This document shows, piece after piece, positions 28,630-38,171 of a DNA stretch of 64,000 nucleotides. Source of the stretch: Steroidobacteraceae bacterium. GTDB taxonomy: Bacteria; Pseudomonadota; Gammaproteobacteria; Steroidobacterales; Steroidobacteraceae. Each line of letters begins with the position of its first letter. The stretch's first letter is position 1. The position numbers were made by a program, and so were the translations under genes. The notes under the pieces were generated by a model. That model did no database searches. It had not been told where the DNA came from and saw nothing but the letters and a program-made list of their open reading frames with translations. The stretch spans positions 1,475,871-1,539,870 of the forward strand of contig OZ257256.1 in NCBI GenBank assembly GCA_965279665.1, written 5' to 3'.

Positions 28630-28770
28630 ACAAGTCTCGATTCCCGACCGAATGGCCAGTTACCATATGATTTTGCCATATCGAGCCGGCGGAAAACCGA
28701 TGTCCGAAGCAATCTGTGTCTTGGTATCCAGGATCTGTGCGCGTGGTCACAGGGGTAGGCAATCCCTGTG
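28630..28770. promoter_or_regulatory. divergent control region between the two ulosonic-acid operons; inverted repeat over the SD/start of the plus-strand operon
   Basis: 138-bp gene-free spacer. CACAGGG (28748-28754) and CCCTGTG (28764-28770) form a 7-bp inverted repeat with a 9-nt loop. The repeat covers the AGGGG/GGTAGG SD-like purines and the GTG start (28768). Confidence 0.4.
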
Positions 28771-29739
28771 AGGATCCTGGTTGCCGGGACCGGTTCTATC
28801 GGTCGACGTCACGTGGAGTCCATTCGGGCGCTTCGCTCCGGAGCCGAATTCGTGTTCCTGCGACGCGATGTCCGCGCCGACGAGTACTCCCGGTCCCTCG
28901 GCGCGACCATCGCCACGGACATCGACGAGGCGCTGGCACTCCAGCCCGACATGGCCATCGTCGCCAATCCCTCGCATGGTCATGCTGAACTCGTGCTCAC
29001 ACTGCTGAAGGCCCGGATGCCTATGTATGTCGAGAAGCCGGTGGCGACGGATGCGTCGCAGATCGCGGCGATCCGCGGCGCAATGGTTCTGCAGGACCCG
29101 CCGACCGTTCTGTGCGGCTGCAACCTGAGGTTCCTGCCGGCGTTGCAGGTGTTGCGTGGACTGCTGCGAGACGGGCGAATCGGCCGTGTCGTCCGTGCCA
29201 CGTTCCAGGTCGGTCAGTGGCTGCCTTCGTGGCGTCCAGGGATCGATTACCGTCATTCGTACAGTGCCCGCCGCGACCTCGGTGGCGGCGTCGTGCTTGA
29301 TCTAGTGCACGAACTCGATGCGGCTCTCTGGTTACTCGGCGAGCTCGACGTTGCTGCGGCAGTGGGCGGCCATTGCAGCAGCCTCGAGATCCATAGTGAA
29401 GATGCGGCCTGGGTGCTGCTCTCGCGCCCGGAAGGTCCCGTCGTCGCTGTCGGCCTGGACTATATCGCGCGCCGTCCTCTGCGCCGGTACGAGTTCATCG
29501 GTGAGGACGGCACTTTGGTGATCGATCTAATCAGTCGCAGCATGGCTGTCGAGACGGCGTCGGGCATCGAGCCTGTCGAGATGCCCGAAGGTGCCTTCGA
29601 CATCGCGCAAACGTATCGAACAGCGATGACGGAGTTCATGGACGCCATGGCTCGCGGGTCGCAGACCAGCCAGGACCTGGCTGAGGGGCTGCGATCGGCA
29701 GAACTGGCCGTGCGTGCCAATGGAATGATCCGACAATGA
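28768..29739 (+). CDS. Gfo/Idh/MocA-family NAD(P)-dependent oxidoreductase (PtmF-like)
   Basis: 'MRILVAGTGSIGRRHV' Rossmann start and the 'VEKPVA' (EKP) motif. Confidence 0.85.
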   Translation: MRILVAGTGSIGRRHVESIRALRSGAEFVFLRRDVRADEYSRSLGATIATDIDEALALQPDMAIVANPSHGHAELVLTLLKARMPMYVEKPVATDASQIAAIRGAMVLQDPPTVLCGCNLRFLPALQVLRGLLRDGRIGRVVRATFQVGQWLPSWRPGIDYRHSYSARRDLGGGVVLDLVHELDAALWLLGELDVAAAVGGHCSSLEIHSEDAAWVLLSRPEGPVVAVGLDYIARRPLRRYEFIGEDGTLVIDLISRSMAVETASGIEPVEMPEGAFDIAQTYRTAMTEFMDAMARGSQTSQDLAEGLRSAELAVRANGMIRQ

Positions 29740-30428
29740 CCACGATCGCCACGATCTGCGCGCGCGGTGGATCCACGGGGCTGCCGCGAAAGAACATCCG
29801 GCCGCTGCTGGGGAGGCCCCTGATCGTCTGGACCATCCAGCAGGCGCTTGCGGTTCCGCGTATCGATGCCACCTTCGTCTCGACCGACGACGACGAAATT
29901 GCTGCCGTCGCCGCGGCCGCTGGTGCGCGCGTGCTCGGCCGGCGTCCGGCCCATCTCGCAACCCAGACGGCCCCAAAGATCCCGGTCATCGAGCACCTCG
30001 TGGGGCAGGTAGAAGCGACTGGGCTCGCCGTCGATTGCATCGTCGACCTGGATCCGACCTCGCCGCTGCGGGCGGTCACCGACATCGAAGCCTGCATCAA
30101 TCTGCTGACGGATGAAGTCGACGCGGTCATCACGGGATTCCCGTCTGAGAAGAATCCTTACTTCAACATGGTCGAGCAGCAGGCTGACGGGAACTTCAGG
30201 CTGGTGAAGCAGCCGCCGGGAGCAGTCGGTGGGCGGCAGCAGGCGCCACTGGTGTACTCCATGAATGCGTCCGTCTATGTCTGGCATCGACGGACGCTGG
30301 CGCTCGGATTGTGGGGAGGACGGGTGCGCCTGCACTCCATGCCGCGCGAGAGATCCATCGACATCGATTCGCTCCTCGACTTTCGTCTGGTCGAGATGAT
30401 TCTTCAGGAGAGGCTGGCGCATGACTGA
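29736..30428 (+). CDS. acylneuraminate (CMP-ulosonic acid) cytidylyltransferase family, copy 2
   Basis: 'TICARGGSTGLPRKNIRPLLGRPLIVWTI' and 'LDPTSPLR'. ATGA overlap with the upstream gene. Confidence 0.88.
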   Translation: MTTIATICARGGSTGLPRKNIRPLLGRPLIVWTIQQALAVPRIDATFVSTDDDEIAAVAAAAGARVLGRRPAHLATQTAPKIPVIEHLVGQVEATGLAVDCIVDLDPTSPLRAVTDIEACINLLTDEVDAVITGFPSEKNPYFNMVEQQADGNFRLVKQPPGAVGGRQQAPLVYSMNASVYVWHRRTLALGLWGGRVRLHSMPRERSIDIDSLLDFRLVEMILQERLAHD

Positions 30429-31224
30429 TTCGCGGTTTCGCCTAGACGGGCGCGTCTGCGTGGTGACGGGGGGTGCCGGAATCCTGGGCGAGCCCATGTG
30501 TCACGCGCTGCTGACGCAGGGTGCGCGCGTGGCCGTCCTCGATCGGGAGACAAGCAGTCTCGAGGCGGCGCTGTCGCGCATGCCGGCGGCCTTCCGCGAT
30601 CAGGTGGTGATGGTTCGCGCTGACATCACCGATCGCGAAGATCTCGTCCGCGCACGCGCGGATATTCGATCGGCACTCGGCGACGCGGACGTTTTGGTCA
30701 ACAACGCGGCGGCGAAGAGCGCCAATTTCTTCGAGCCGTTCGAGTCGTTCCCGCTCGCGGACTGGAACGAAGTCATGGGCGTGAACCTGACCGGCGCCAT
30801 GCTGTGCTGCCAAGTGTTCGGCGCGTCGATGGCCGAACGCCAGCGTGGCAGTATCATAAACACCCTGTCGATCTACGGAATCGTGGCGCCCGACCAGCGC
30901 ATCTACGAAGGTGCGTTCTACGAGGGCATGGCGATCAACACGCCTGCCGTTTACAGCGCCAGCAAGGCGGGCCTCTGGGGACTGACGAAGTATCTCGCAG
31001 CCTACTGGGGGGCGGCGGGCGTCCGGGTCAACGCCATCACGCCCGGAGGAGTCTTCAGCGGCCAGAACGACGCCTTCGTGCAGCGCTACAGCGCGCGCGT
31101 GCCTCTCGGGCGAATGGGCCAGCGCGAAGAGATGGCGTCGGCTGTGGTCTACCTTGCGTCGGACGCGTCGTCCTACGTGACGGGGCTGAATCTGGTGGTG
31201 GACGGGGGGCTCACGGCATGGTGA
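30421..31224 (+). CDS. SDR-family oxidoreductase (PtmA-like)
   Basis: 'GRVCVVTGGAGILG', 'NNAA' and 'YSASKAGLWGLTKYLA'. Confidence 0.85.
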   Translation: MTDSRFRLDGRVCVVTGGAGILGEPMCHALLTQGARVAVLDRETSSLEAALSRMPAAFRDQVVMVRADITDREDLVRARADIRSALGDADVLVNNAAAKSANFFEPFESFPLADWNEVMGVNLTGAMLCCQVFGASMAERQRGSIINTLSIYGIVAPDQRIYEGAFYEGMAINTPAVYSASKAGLWGLTKYLAAYWGAAGVRVNAITPGGVFSGQNDAFVQRYSARVPLGRMGQREEMASAVVYLASDASSYVTGLNLVVDGGLTAW

Positions 31225-32249
31225 GTTCATCTTCGTGCTACGTGATCGCCGAGGCCGGCGTCAACCACAACGGCTCGCTTGATCTTGCGCTGCGCCTGAT
31301 CGACGCGGCGGTTGAGGCCGGCGCCGACGCGGTCAAGTTCCAGACTTTCCGCGCCGAGACGCTCGTCGGCGCCGGTGTGTCGAAGGCGGCATACCAGGAG
31401 CGTGCTACCGGCGGCGGTGATCAGCGGGCGATGCTCAAGGCGCTGGAACTCGCGTTTGAAGACCACGTCGCGCTATACGAACGCTGCGTGGAGCTCGGAA
31501 TCGAATTCCTGTCGACGCCGTTCGACGCGGAGGCGCTCAAGTTCCTGGTCGGCCTCGGCATGCGTCGCGTCAAAATTGCGTCCGGAGAGTTGACCAACCG
31601 ACCATTCATCGAGCTCGCCGCGTCCACGGGTCTGCCGATCATTCTCTCGACGGGGATGGCGGAGTTGTCGGAGGTCGGCGAAGCGATCGATTGGATCCAA
31701 CGTGCGCGCCCGTCGCCGATGCCGACCGCCGAAATCGTGCTGCTTCACTGCACATCGAACTATCCGACGGCGCTCGTGGACGTGAACCTGCGCGCGATGT
31801 CGACCATGGCGCAGGCATTCGGGCTGACCGTTGGCTACTCGGACCACACTGCAGGAATCGAGGTGGCGCCTCTCGCCGTTGCGCTCGGGGCGATGGTGAT
31901 CGAGAAGCACTTCACGCTGGATCGTTCACTACCGGGCCCCGACCACATGGCGTCGCTTGAGGTGCCCGAACTGCGCGAGATGATCCGGTCCATCCGGTCC
32001 GCCGGTATTGCGCTTGGCGATGGTGCGAAGGCGCCCCGCCCGGCCGAGATCGCAGTCAGGGATCTGGTTAGGCGCAGCGTCGCGGCCCGACACGACCTGC
32101 CGGCTGGCCACGTGCTGCGAAGCGAAGATCTGAGCTGTATGCGTCCCGGAACCGGGATTCCGCCCAAAAACCTCGGTTCCGTCGCAGGGCGCTCGTTGCG
32201 CCGGGCAATATCTGCCGGCGCATTGATCACGGAGCAGGATCTGGCGTGA
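31218..32249 (+). CDS. neuB: N-acetylneuraminate/legionaminate synthase family (NeuB + SAF)
   Basis: The ATG at 31218 gives 'MVSSSSCYVIAEAGVNHNGSL'. Also 'ADAVKFQTF', 'VKIASGELTN', 'STGMA', 'LLHCTSNYP' and 'GYSDHT'. The ORF-track start at 30804 lies inside the preceding SDR gene. Confidence 0.92.
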   Translation: MVSSSSCYVIAEAGVNHNGSLDLALRLIDAAVEAGADAVKFQTFRAETLVGAGVSKAAYQERATGGGDQRAMLKALELAFEDHVALYERCVELGIEFLSTPFDAEALKFLVGLGMRRVKIASGELTNRPFIELAASTGLPIILSTGMAELSEVGEAIDWIQRARPSPMPTAEIVLLHCTSNYPTALVDVNLRAMSTMAQAFGLTVGYSDHTAGIEVAPLAVALGAMVIEKHFTLDRSLPGPDHMASLEVPELREMIRSIRSAGIALGDGAKAPRPAEIAVRDLVRRSVAARHDLPAGHVLRSEDLSCMRPGTGIPPKNLGSVAGRSLRRAISAGALITEQDLA

Positions 32250-33376
32250 GTCGGCGAGTGCTCTATGTATCTGGGACGCGTGCGGACTTTGGTCTGATGC
32301 GCTCTACGCTGTTGAGGCTTCAGGCGGACGAGCGGCTGGATGTGGCCGTCTGCGCAACCGGTCCGCACCTCATGCAGGAGCATGGCATGACGGTGACCGA
32401 GATTCGCGAGTCCGGTCTGCGCGTGGCCGCCTGCGTCGAAGCCCCCGTCGCGGTCAGCACTGGAGCGGGGATGGCGAAAGCCGTCGCCGCGTCGCTTGCG
32501 GGAATCGTCGACGTCATCGAGCGCGAGAAGCCCGAAATCGTGATGCTGCTCGGGGATCGGGGCGAGATGCTGGCCGGAGCGATCGCAGCCGTACATGTTG
32601 GAATACCCATCGTGCATCTGCACGGCGGAGAGCGCTCCGGAACGATCGATGAACAGGTTCGGCACGCGATCTCGAAGTTGTCGCACTTTCATTTTGTCGC
32701 AACTCAGGCTTCCCGGGAACGGCTGTTGCGGATGGGTGAGTCGGCTGACAGGGTGTTCGTCACGGGCGCGCCCGGCCTGGACGGGCTATTGGATTCGGTG
32801 CAATGCAGTCGAGAGTCGCTCGCCGCCGAAGAGGGGCTGGATCCCGGCAAACCGATCGCTCTAATGGTGTTTCATTCCGTGGTGCAGGACGCTTTGGAGG
32901 CTGGTGACCAGGCGGCGGCCATCCTGCGCGTGCTAGCCAAAAAAGGCCTGCAGGTGGTTTGCCTGCGGCCCAATTCAGACGCCGGTGGCAGCGCGATCCT
33001 CGACCGTCTGCAGCAGCAGCGCTCGTCACGGTTCCGCCTGCACACCCACTTTCCGCGCGCACGTTTTGTAGGCTGGATGAGCGCCGCTGATTTCATGATT
33101 GGCAATTCGAGCAGCGGCATCATCGAGGCGCCCGTCTTCGGCGTTCCCGTCGTCAACGTCGGCGACCGGCAAGCGTTGCGTGAAAGATGCGCGAACGTGA
33201 TCGACTCTGATTACACTGACCGCTCGATCAATTCTGCTGTGGAGCTCGCGCTGCAACGCGGCCGGCGGTCGACCGAAAACTTGTACGGCGATGGGCATGC
33301 AGGCGAACGTATCGCGGCGCTCATTGCCGTACTCCCGCTGCATGCCGGCCTTCTCAAGAAAATCAATGTCTACTAG
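32246..33376 (+). CDS. neuC: UDP/GDP-N-acetylhexosamine 2-epimerase (hydrolysing), NeuC family
   Basis: 'VLYVSGTRADFGLM', 'VMLLGDRGEMLAGA', 'VHLHGGERSGTIDE' and 'IGNSSSGIIEAP'. Confidence 0.9.
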   Translation: MSRRVLYVSGTRADFGLMRSTLLRLQADERLDVAVCATGPHLMQEHGMTVTEIRESGLRVAACVEAPVAVSTGAGMAKAVAASLAGIVDVIEREKPEIVMLLGDRGEMLAGAIAAVHVGIPIVHLHGGERSGTIDEQVRHAISKLSHFHFVATQASRERLLRMGESADRVFVTGAPGLDGLLDSVQCSRESLAAEEGLDPGKPIALMVFHSVVQDALEAGDQAAAILRVLAKKGLQVVCLRPNSDAGGSAILDRLQQQRSSRFRLHTHFPRARFVGWMSAADFMIGNSSSGIIEAPVFGVPVVNVGDRQALRERCANVIDSDYTDRSINSAVELALQRGRRSTENLYGDGHAGERIAALIAVLPLHAGLLKKINVY

Positions 33377-33995
33377 ACGGCTGATTCTCATTGGTGCCGG
33401 CGGCCACGGCAGCGTTGTCTATGATGCCGCTCGTCTGTCGGGTAGATGGGAGGTTGTCGAACTGCGCGACGATCGCCAGGTCGAGACCGGCGGGCGGTTT
33501 GATGGCCTTGCCGTCCGCGTTCCGGCGATTCCCGCCGAGTCGCTCGAGAATGCAGAGGTTCACGTGTCGATCGGCGACAACACGATCAGGGCACGAATCT
33601 GCTCCTCCCTGCGCGCACTGGGCGCACAGGTCGTTCCAATTGTTCATCCAGCTGCGATCATCGCGCGTACGGCAACGCTCTCCCCTGGTGCGTTCGTGGC
33701 CGCGGGAGCCGTCGTGGCGCCGCACGCGCGGGTCGGCGAGGGCGTCATCATCAATCATGGCGCTGTTGTGGACCACGACTGCGTGGTCGGGGCATGGACA
33801 CATGTCGCGCCGGGAGCGTTGCTTGGGGGCGGCGTGCTTGTTGGCTCCGATGTGCTGATGGGGACAGGTTGCGTGGTGCTTCCGGGTTTGTCCGTCGGCG
33901 ATGGATCAACCGTCGGCGCTGGCGCGGTCGTGACCCGGCCAGTAGACGCCAAGAGTGTGGTGATCGGAATGCCTGCGCGGAGGGTCAATTCGTGA
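33366..33995 (+). CDS. NeuD/PglD-like sugar N-acetyltransferase (left-handed beta-helix)
   Basis: The ATG at 33366 gives 'MSTRRLILIGAGGHGSVV'. The C-terminus has hexapeptide repeats ('VGEGVIINHGAVVDHDCVVGAWTHVAPGALLGGGVLVGSDVLMGTGCVV'). Confidence 0.85.
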   Translation: MSTRRLILIGAGGHGSVVYDAARLSGRWEVVELRDDRQVETGGRFDGLAVRVPAIPAESLENAEVHVSIGDNTIRARICSSLRALGAQVVPIVHPAAIIARTATLSPGAFVAAGAVVAPHARVGEGVIINHGAVVDHDCVVGAWTHVAPGALLGGGVLVGSDVLMGTGCVVLPGLSVGDGSTVGAGAVVTRPVDAKSVVIGMPARRVNS

Positions 33996-35461
33996 TGCGA
34001 CCGGCAACACCGTTTCTCGTCGGACGGGATGCGACCCTGCGCGATGCTTTCGGGAAGATCGAGCGCGGCGCCTGCGGGATCGCACTGCTGGTGGAGACCG
34101 ACGGCAGGCTGGTACGCACGGTCACTGATGGAGATCTACGGCGGTTGATCCTGGGGGGTGCCGATCTCTCCAGCCAGATGTCGGGGCTCCCTGCACGGGC
34201 GTCGGTCACTGCCGGTACGGAAGTCGATCCGGCACGGGCACTTGAGATTCTCAACGAGCGCAAGATTGATCACCTCCCGGTAGTCGACGAGCAGGGCCAT
34301 CCGGTCGGGGTCTATTTCCGGCGCGACATCGACGCACAGATCTTGCTGTCGACGCCGCACATGGGCTCCTTCGAGCGGGAGTACGTGGATGAGGCGTTCA
34401 GGACTAACTGGATCGCGCCACTCGGACCCAACGTCGATGCCTTCGAGCGCGAGCTTGCCGCTTACGTCGGTATTGGGCACGCCGCCGCCGTCGTCTCTGG
34501 CACGGCGGCGCTGCACCTGGCGCTGAGACTGGTCGGGGTGCAGCGGGGCGATCGCGTCTTTTGCTCCAGCTTCACGTTCGTCGCGAGTGCCAATCCGATT
34601 CTGTACGAGGGCGCAGTCCCGGTATTCATCGACTCGGAGCCGGAGTCATGGAACATGTCCCCGCTTGCTCTTGAGCGCGCGCTCGAAGACGCGTCGCGCC
34701 GTCGACAGCTGCCGAGAGCGGTGATCGTCGTCAATCTCTATGGGCAGAGCGCCGACATGGATCCGCTGCTGGAATTGTGCGGACGGTACTCGATTCCGGT
34801 CATCGAGGACGCTGCGGAGTCTCTCGGGGCGTCCTATCGCGGCCGGAAGAGTGGAACTATTGGGCGGATCGGCACGTACTCGTTCAACGGTAACAAGATC
34901 ATCACTACTTCCGGCGGCGGCATGCTCGTGTCGGACGACGAGGATCTTATCCGGCACGCCCGCAAGCTCTCTACACAGGCTCGCGAGCCGGTTGGTCACT
35001 ACGAGCACTTAGAGGTCGGGTACAACTACCGAATGAGCAATGTGCTTGCGGGTATTGGAAGAGGTCAACTCAAAGTTCTCGACGCGCGAGTCGCCGCGCG
35101 GCGACGGGTATTCCAGCGGTACGTCGACGGCGTCAGCGGCGTTGCCGGGCTCGAGTGGATGCCCGAGCAGTCGTTTGGAACGTCGACGCGCTGGCTGACG
35201 GCAGCAGTAGTGCGACTAGATGGTGGTCCGGAGAGGCTAATCGCAGCTCTTTCTGGGCATCGCATAGAGGCCCGTCGCGTTTGGAAGCCGATGCACCTTC
35301 AACCACTCTTCCACGGTGCTGAGTACTTTGAGCACAAGCATGGAAACGACGTATCGCGTGACCTATTTGAGCATGGCGTCTGTCTACCATCAGGTTCGAA
35401 CCTATTGGAAGACCAGCTGGACCGAATCATCGAGGCTCTGCGAGCTGCGCTTGCGGGTTGA
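33995..35461 (+). CDS. CBS-pair domain fused to a DegT/PglE/LegC-like sugar aminotransferase
   Basis: The ATG at 33995 overlaps the upstream stop. CBS pair ('GRLVRTVTDGDLRRLIL', 'HLPVVDEQGHPVGVYFRRDI'). Then 'LSTPHMGSFEREYVDEAF', 'VVSGTAALHLAL' and 'SFNGNKIITTSGGGML' (PLP-lysine). Confidence 0.88.
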   Translation: MRPATPFLVGRDATLRDAFGKIERGACGIALLVETDGRLVRTVTDGDLRRLILGGADLSSQMSGLPARASVTAGTEVDPARALEILNERKIDHLPVVDEQGHPVGVYFRRDIDAQILLSTPHMGSFEREYVDEAFRTNWIAPLGPNVDAFERELAAYVGIGHAAAVVSGTAALHLALRLVGVQRGDRVFCSSFTFVASANPILYEGAVPVFIDSEPESWNMSPLALERALEDASRRRQLPRAVIVVNLYGQSADMDPLLELCGRYSIPVIEDAAESLGASYRGRKSGTIGRIGTYSFNGNKIITTSGGGMLVSDDEDLIRHARKLSTQAREPVGHYEHLEVGYNYRMSNVLAGIGRGQLKVLDARVAARRRVFQRYVDGVSGVAGLEWMPEQSFGTSTRWLTAAVVRLDGGPERLIAALSGHRIEARRVWKPMHLQPLFHGAEYFEHKHGNDVSRDLFEHGVCLPSGSNLLEDQLDRIIEALRAALAG

Positions 35462-36993
35462 AGCTGCGAGTGCCACCGATGTTCCGCATGCTCTTTGTCA
35501 ATACTGCGGTTTCGGGCCTAGTATTTGCGGTCTCCAGCGTGCTGGTGCTCCTTTTGGTACCGATCTTGCTCGGTGCATATGGCGCATCCGGGTTGGGATT
35601 GATCATGCTCGCCAGGGCGTTTCTACCGACGGGACTGGGCGCCCTCTTCGATCTTGGGGTGTCGGAGGTCGTCGCTCAGGCCGTCGCGCGCGCGAGAGAG
35701 AGCAAAGAGTGGTCCACGGCAGGCGGCCAGGTGACCTTGCTCGCAGGAGTCGCTTTACTCGTTGGCGGGCTGCTCGGAGCCGGCTTGTGGGGTTACGCGG
35801 GAGCTTTAGCCGAGATACTGCGGGTGAACGATTCGCAATCTTCCAGCTTCGCCGAGCTGCTGCAGCTCACTGGGGTTGCTCTGGTCCTGCTCTTTCCGGC
35901 GCTGGTGGCGGAAGGCGTCGTCAAGGGATTCGAGGCCTATTGGGCGCTCCGCCTAGCCGAGCTAGTGCCAACCGTGGGCTACGTTTTGGGATCCGTCGCG
36001 CTGGTCGAATTTGGCTACGGCTATCAGGCCGTTGCCCTGATGTTCCTCGGTTCCATTCTGCTGCGCGCGTTGATTACCATTGTCATCGCTATCAACTTGT
36101 CGCTGCGCGCGAATCTGCGCATGCAACGATGCGCGCGGCTTGATCGTGCTGACGCGCTCGAGCGCTGTCGACTGATGTTCGCGGGTAAGGCGGTCACAGC
36201 TCTTCAGACGCAGGCTCCTCCACTCGCGATCGGGGCGTTGATTGGTCCAGCCGGCGTTGGTGTGTACGACGTTCTTTCCCGATTGCCGAGGTTCGCTAAG
36301 TCGATCCTTGGCCTCCTTACGTCCCTGTTGACGCCGATCAGTGCTCGTCTCGACGAGGCCCGTGACACGGACGGGCAGCGACGGCTGGGAAGTGCGGGAG
36401 TACTGCTCGTGCCGTTGCTGGTCATTCCGGTGCTGGGCGCTGCGGCACTGCTGTCGGCGCCTCTGCTCGGTCTCTGGCTTGGACCCGAGTACCGGAGCCT
36501 CTGGGGCTGGCACTCGGCGATGTTCCTCGTCACGACTTTGGCGTCGCTGGTTAGTTTCGCGTCGGTCGTAGTGATGGTCAGGAAGGCTGATGCGCGCCGG
36601 GTCATCCGGATGACGGCCGTCATGGTCATGGCTCAATACGGTATCTCGCTGATTGCCGTCGGCTTACTGCAGGAACGTGCGTTCATCCTCGGGCAGGTAC
36701 TGGCTGCTGTGATGGTGTTTCCGTTCCAGCTTAGATTTCTGCTGTTGGCGCAGGGGGTGCCCATGGCTGCACTGGTCAGGCTCCTCGCATCACTGATCGC
36801 GATGAGTGTCTCCGTGGCAGTCGTCGCGCCGATCGTGGTCGACCGAATACAAGATCTGCTGACCACACTTCTGGTCGGTGCTTGCTGGGCGATCGCTTGG
36901 TGGCTTCTGTTGACTCGCGTTTTGCTGACTGGTGCGCAACGCCGCGCTGTGAGCAATGCCCTGAATGGACTCCTGGCATCTGGGCGGCGGTAG
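35458..36993 (+). CDS. wzx: Wzx-type polysaccharide flippase (MOP superfamily)
   Basis: ~500-aa highly hydrophobic protein with about 12-14 predicted TM helices. It has the typical position and size of a flippase. TTGA overlap with the upstream stop; an alternative ATG is at 35479. Confidence 0.7.
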   Translation: MKLRVPPMFRMLFVNTAVSGLVFAVSSVLVLLLVPILLGAYGASGLGLIMLARAFLPTGLGALFDLGVSEVVAQAVARARESKEWSTAGGQVTLLAGVALLVGGLLGAGLWGYAGALAEILRVNDSQSSSFAELLQLTGVALVLLFPALVAEGVVKGFEAYWALRLAELVPTVGYVLGSVALVEFGYGYQAVALMFLGSILLRALITIVIAINLSLRANLRMQRCARLDRADALERCRLMFAGKAVTALQTQAPPLAIGALIGPAGVGVYDVLSRLPRFAKSILGLLTSLLTPISARLDEARDTDGQRRLGSAGVLLVPLLVIPVLGAAALLSAPLLGLWLGPEYRSLWGWHSAMFLVTTLASLVSFASVVVMVRKADARRVIRMTAVMVMAQYGISLIAVGLLQERAFILGQVLAAVMVFPFQLRFLLLAQGVPMAALVRLLASLIAMSVSVAVVAPIVVDRIQDLLTTLLVGACWAIAWWLLLTRVLLTGAQRRAVSNALNGLLASGRR

Positions 36994-38129
36994 TGATTGC
37001 CATATCCGCAAAGCTGGGCTATTTCGACTGGCTTCGGGCGCTATCCTCGCAGAGCGTCGTGGTCGGTCACGCGCTGAACATTTTTCTGCCGTCACTGTTC
37101 ATGGTCGAGCGTGCCGACGGATTCCTGGAGGCCGCGAGGAATGTGCCGTACATCCAGAATCTTGGCGTCGTAGTGTTCTTCGCGCTGTCGGGCTATCTCG
37201 TGACGTCCTCGGTCGTGCGAAAGGCGCGAATGCCGCACTACTCATTCGAAGCATTCCTCGTTGATCGGGCGACACGCATCTTTGTTCCTCTGTTGCCTGC
37301 GATTGCGCTCGTCTGGATCTTCGATACCTTGCTTCTAGGGGCGGGAGCCGATAATCCGTACACTGACGTCTCTCTAGGTCCCTGGACCGTCATCGCAAAC
37401 GTGCTGATGATCTTCAACCATCCGGCAATGTCAATCGCCGCGAAGCTTACGGGCATCCCCGGCGCCGCGACCGGCCCAATCGGCACCGCCGATCCGTTCT
37501 GGACTGTGGTCCTCGAGTGGTGGATCTACGTAACGTTTGGGTTGTTTGTTCTCAAGATACTCAACGGGCGTCGTCTCGGTTTCTCGGGAGCAGCGTTACT
37601 GCTGTTCGCTCTCGCGCCGCTCGTCGTTTCCCTCAGTGGCGGTTCCGGTCTGATACTCGCATGGCCCGTCGGCATGCTGGTTGCGATTGCCGAACCGACT
37701 CTGCGTTCCGTGAACGCTCGGCTGATCGGCGCAACCGTGGTTCTCGCCGTGGGCGTGGCCGTTGCGGTCTGGTTGCGGACGCGATTCGATTTCTATGCAC
37801 CCGTCTTCGTCGTATGCTTTGCGTACGCAATGACGGCGGTCGTGACGCTGGATCGCCGGCCGGAACCGCTGGCACAAAAGACCGCCGGCGGAAGCCTCTT
37901 TGTCGAGCGACTTTCAGACTATTCCTACTCTCTTTACCTCGTGCACTTTTCCATTCTGATCTACCTGCAGTTATACCTCCCGCGGCACTGGAATCCCGTC
38001 GCTTCGATCTTGCTGTCTGTGGTGGTGTGCAACGGTGCCGCGTTCGGGTTCTGGTGGCTGTTCGAACGCCACTATCTAAATGTGCGTCGCGCTGCACTGC
38101 TGAGGCTCGAGAACAGTCGATTGCGCTGA
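36993..38129 (+). CDS. acyltransferase family 3 membrane protein (polysaccharide O-acetyltransferase)
   Basis: The GTG at 36993 overlaps the wzx stop. 'YFDWLRALSSQSVVVGHAL', 'VVFFALSGYL', and about 10 TM helices typical of Acyl_transf_3. Confidence 0.7.
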   Translation: MIAISAKLGYFDWLRALSSQSVVVGHALNIFLPSLFMVERADGFLEAARNVPYIQNLGVVVFFALSGYLVTSSVVRKARMPHYSFEAFLVDRATRIFVPLLPAIALVWIFDTLLLGAGADNPYTDVSLGPWTVIANVLMIFNHPAMSIAAKLTGIPGAATGPIGTADPFWTVVLEWWIYVTFGLFVLKILNGRRLGFSGAALLLFALAPLVVSLSGGSGLILAWPVGMLVAIAEPTLRSVNARLIGATVVLAVGVAVAVWLRTRFDFYAPVFVVCFAYAMTAVVTLDRRPEPLAQKTAGGSLFVERLSDYSYSLYLVHFSILIYLQLYLPRHWNPVASILLSVVVCNGAAFGFWWLFERHYLNVRRAALLRLENSRLR

Positions 38130-38171
38130 ATCCCGTCCTTTCACAACGGCTTCGCCGAATTCGCCCACACA

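Noticed and set aside
36986-36993. GGCGGTAG, identical to the ops/JUMPStart RfaH-recruitment octamer
   Set aside because: It lies at the wzx/acyltransferase coding junction rather than in a 5' leader. It has no surrounding JUMPStart context. Several chance occurrences of such a GC-rich 8-mer are expected in 64 kb of this composition.
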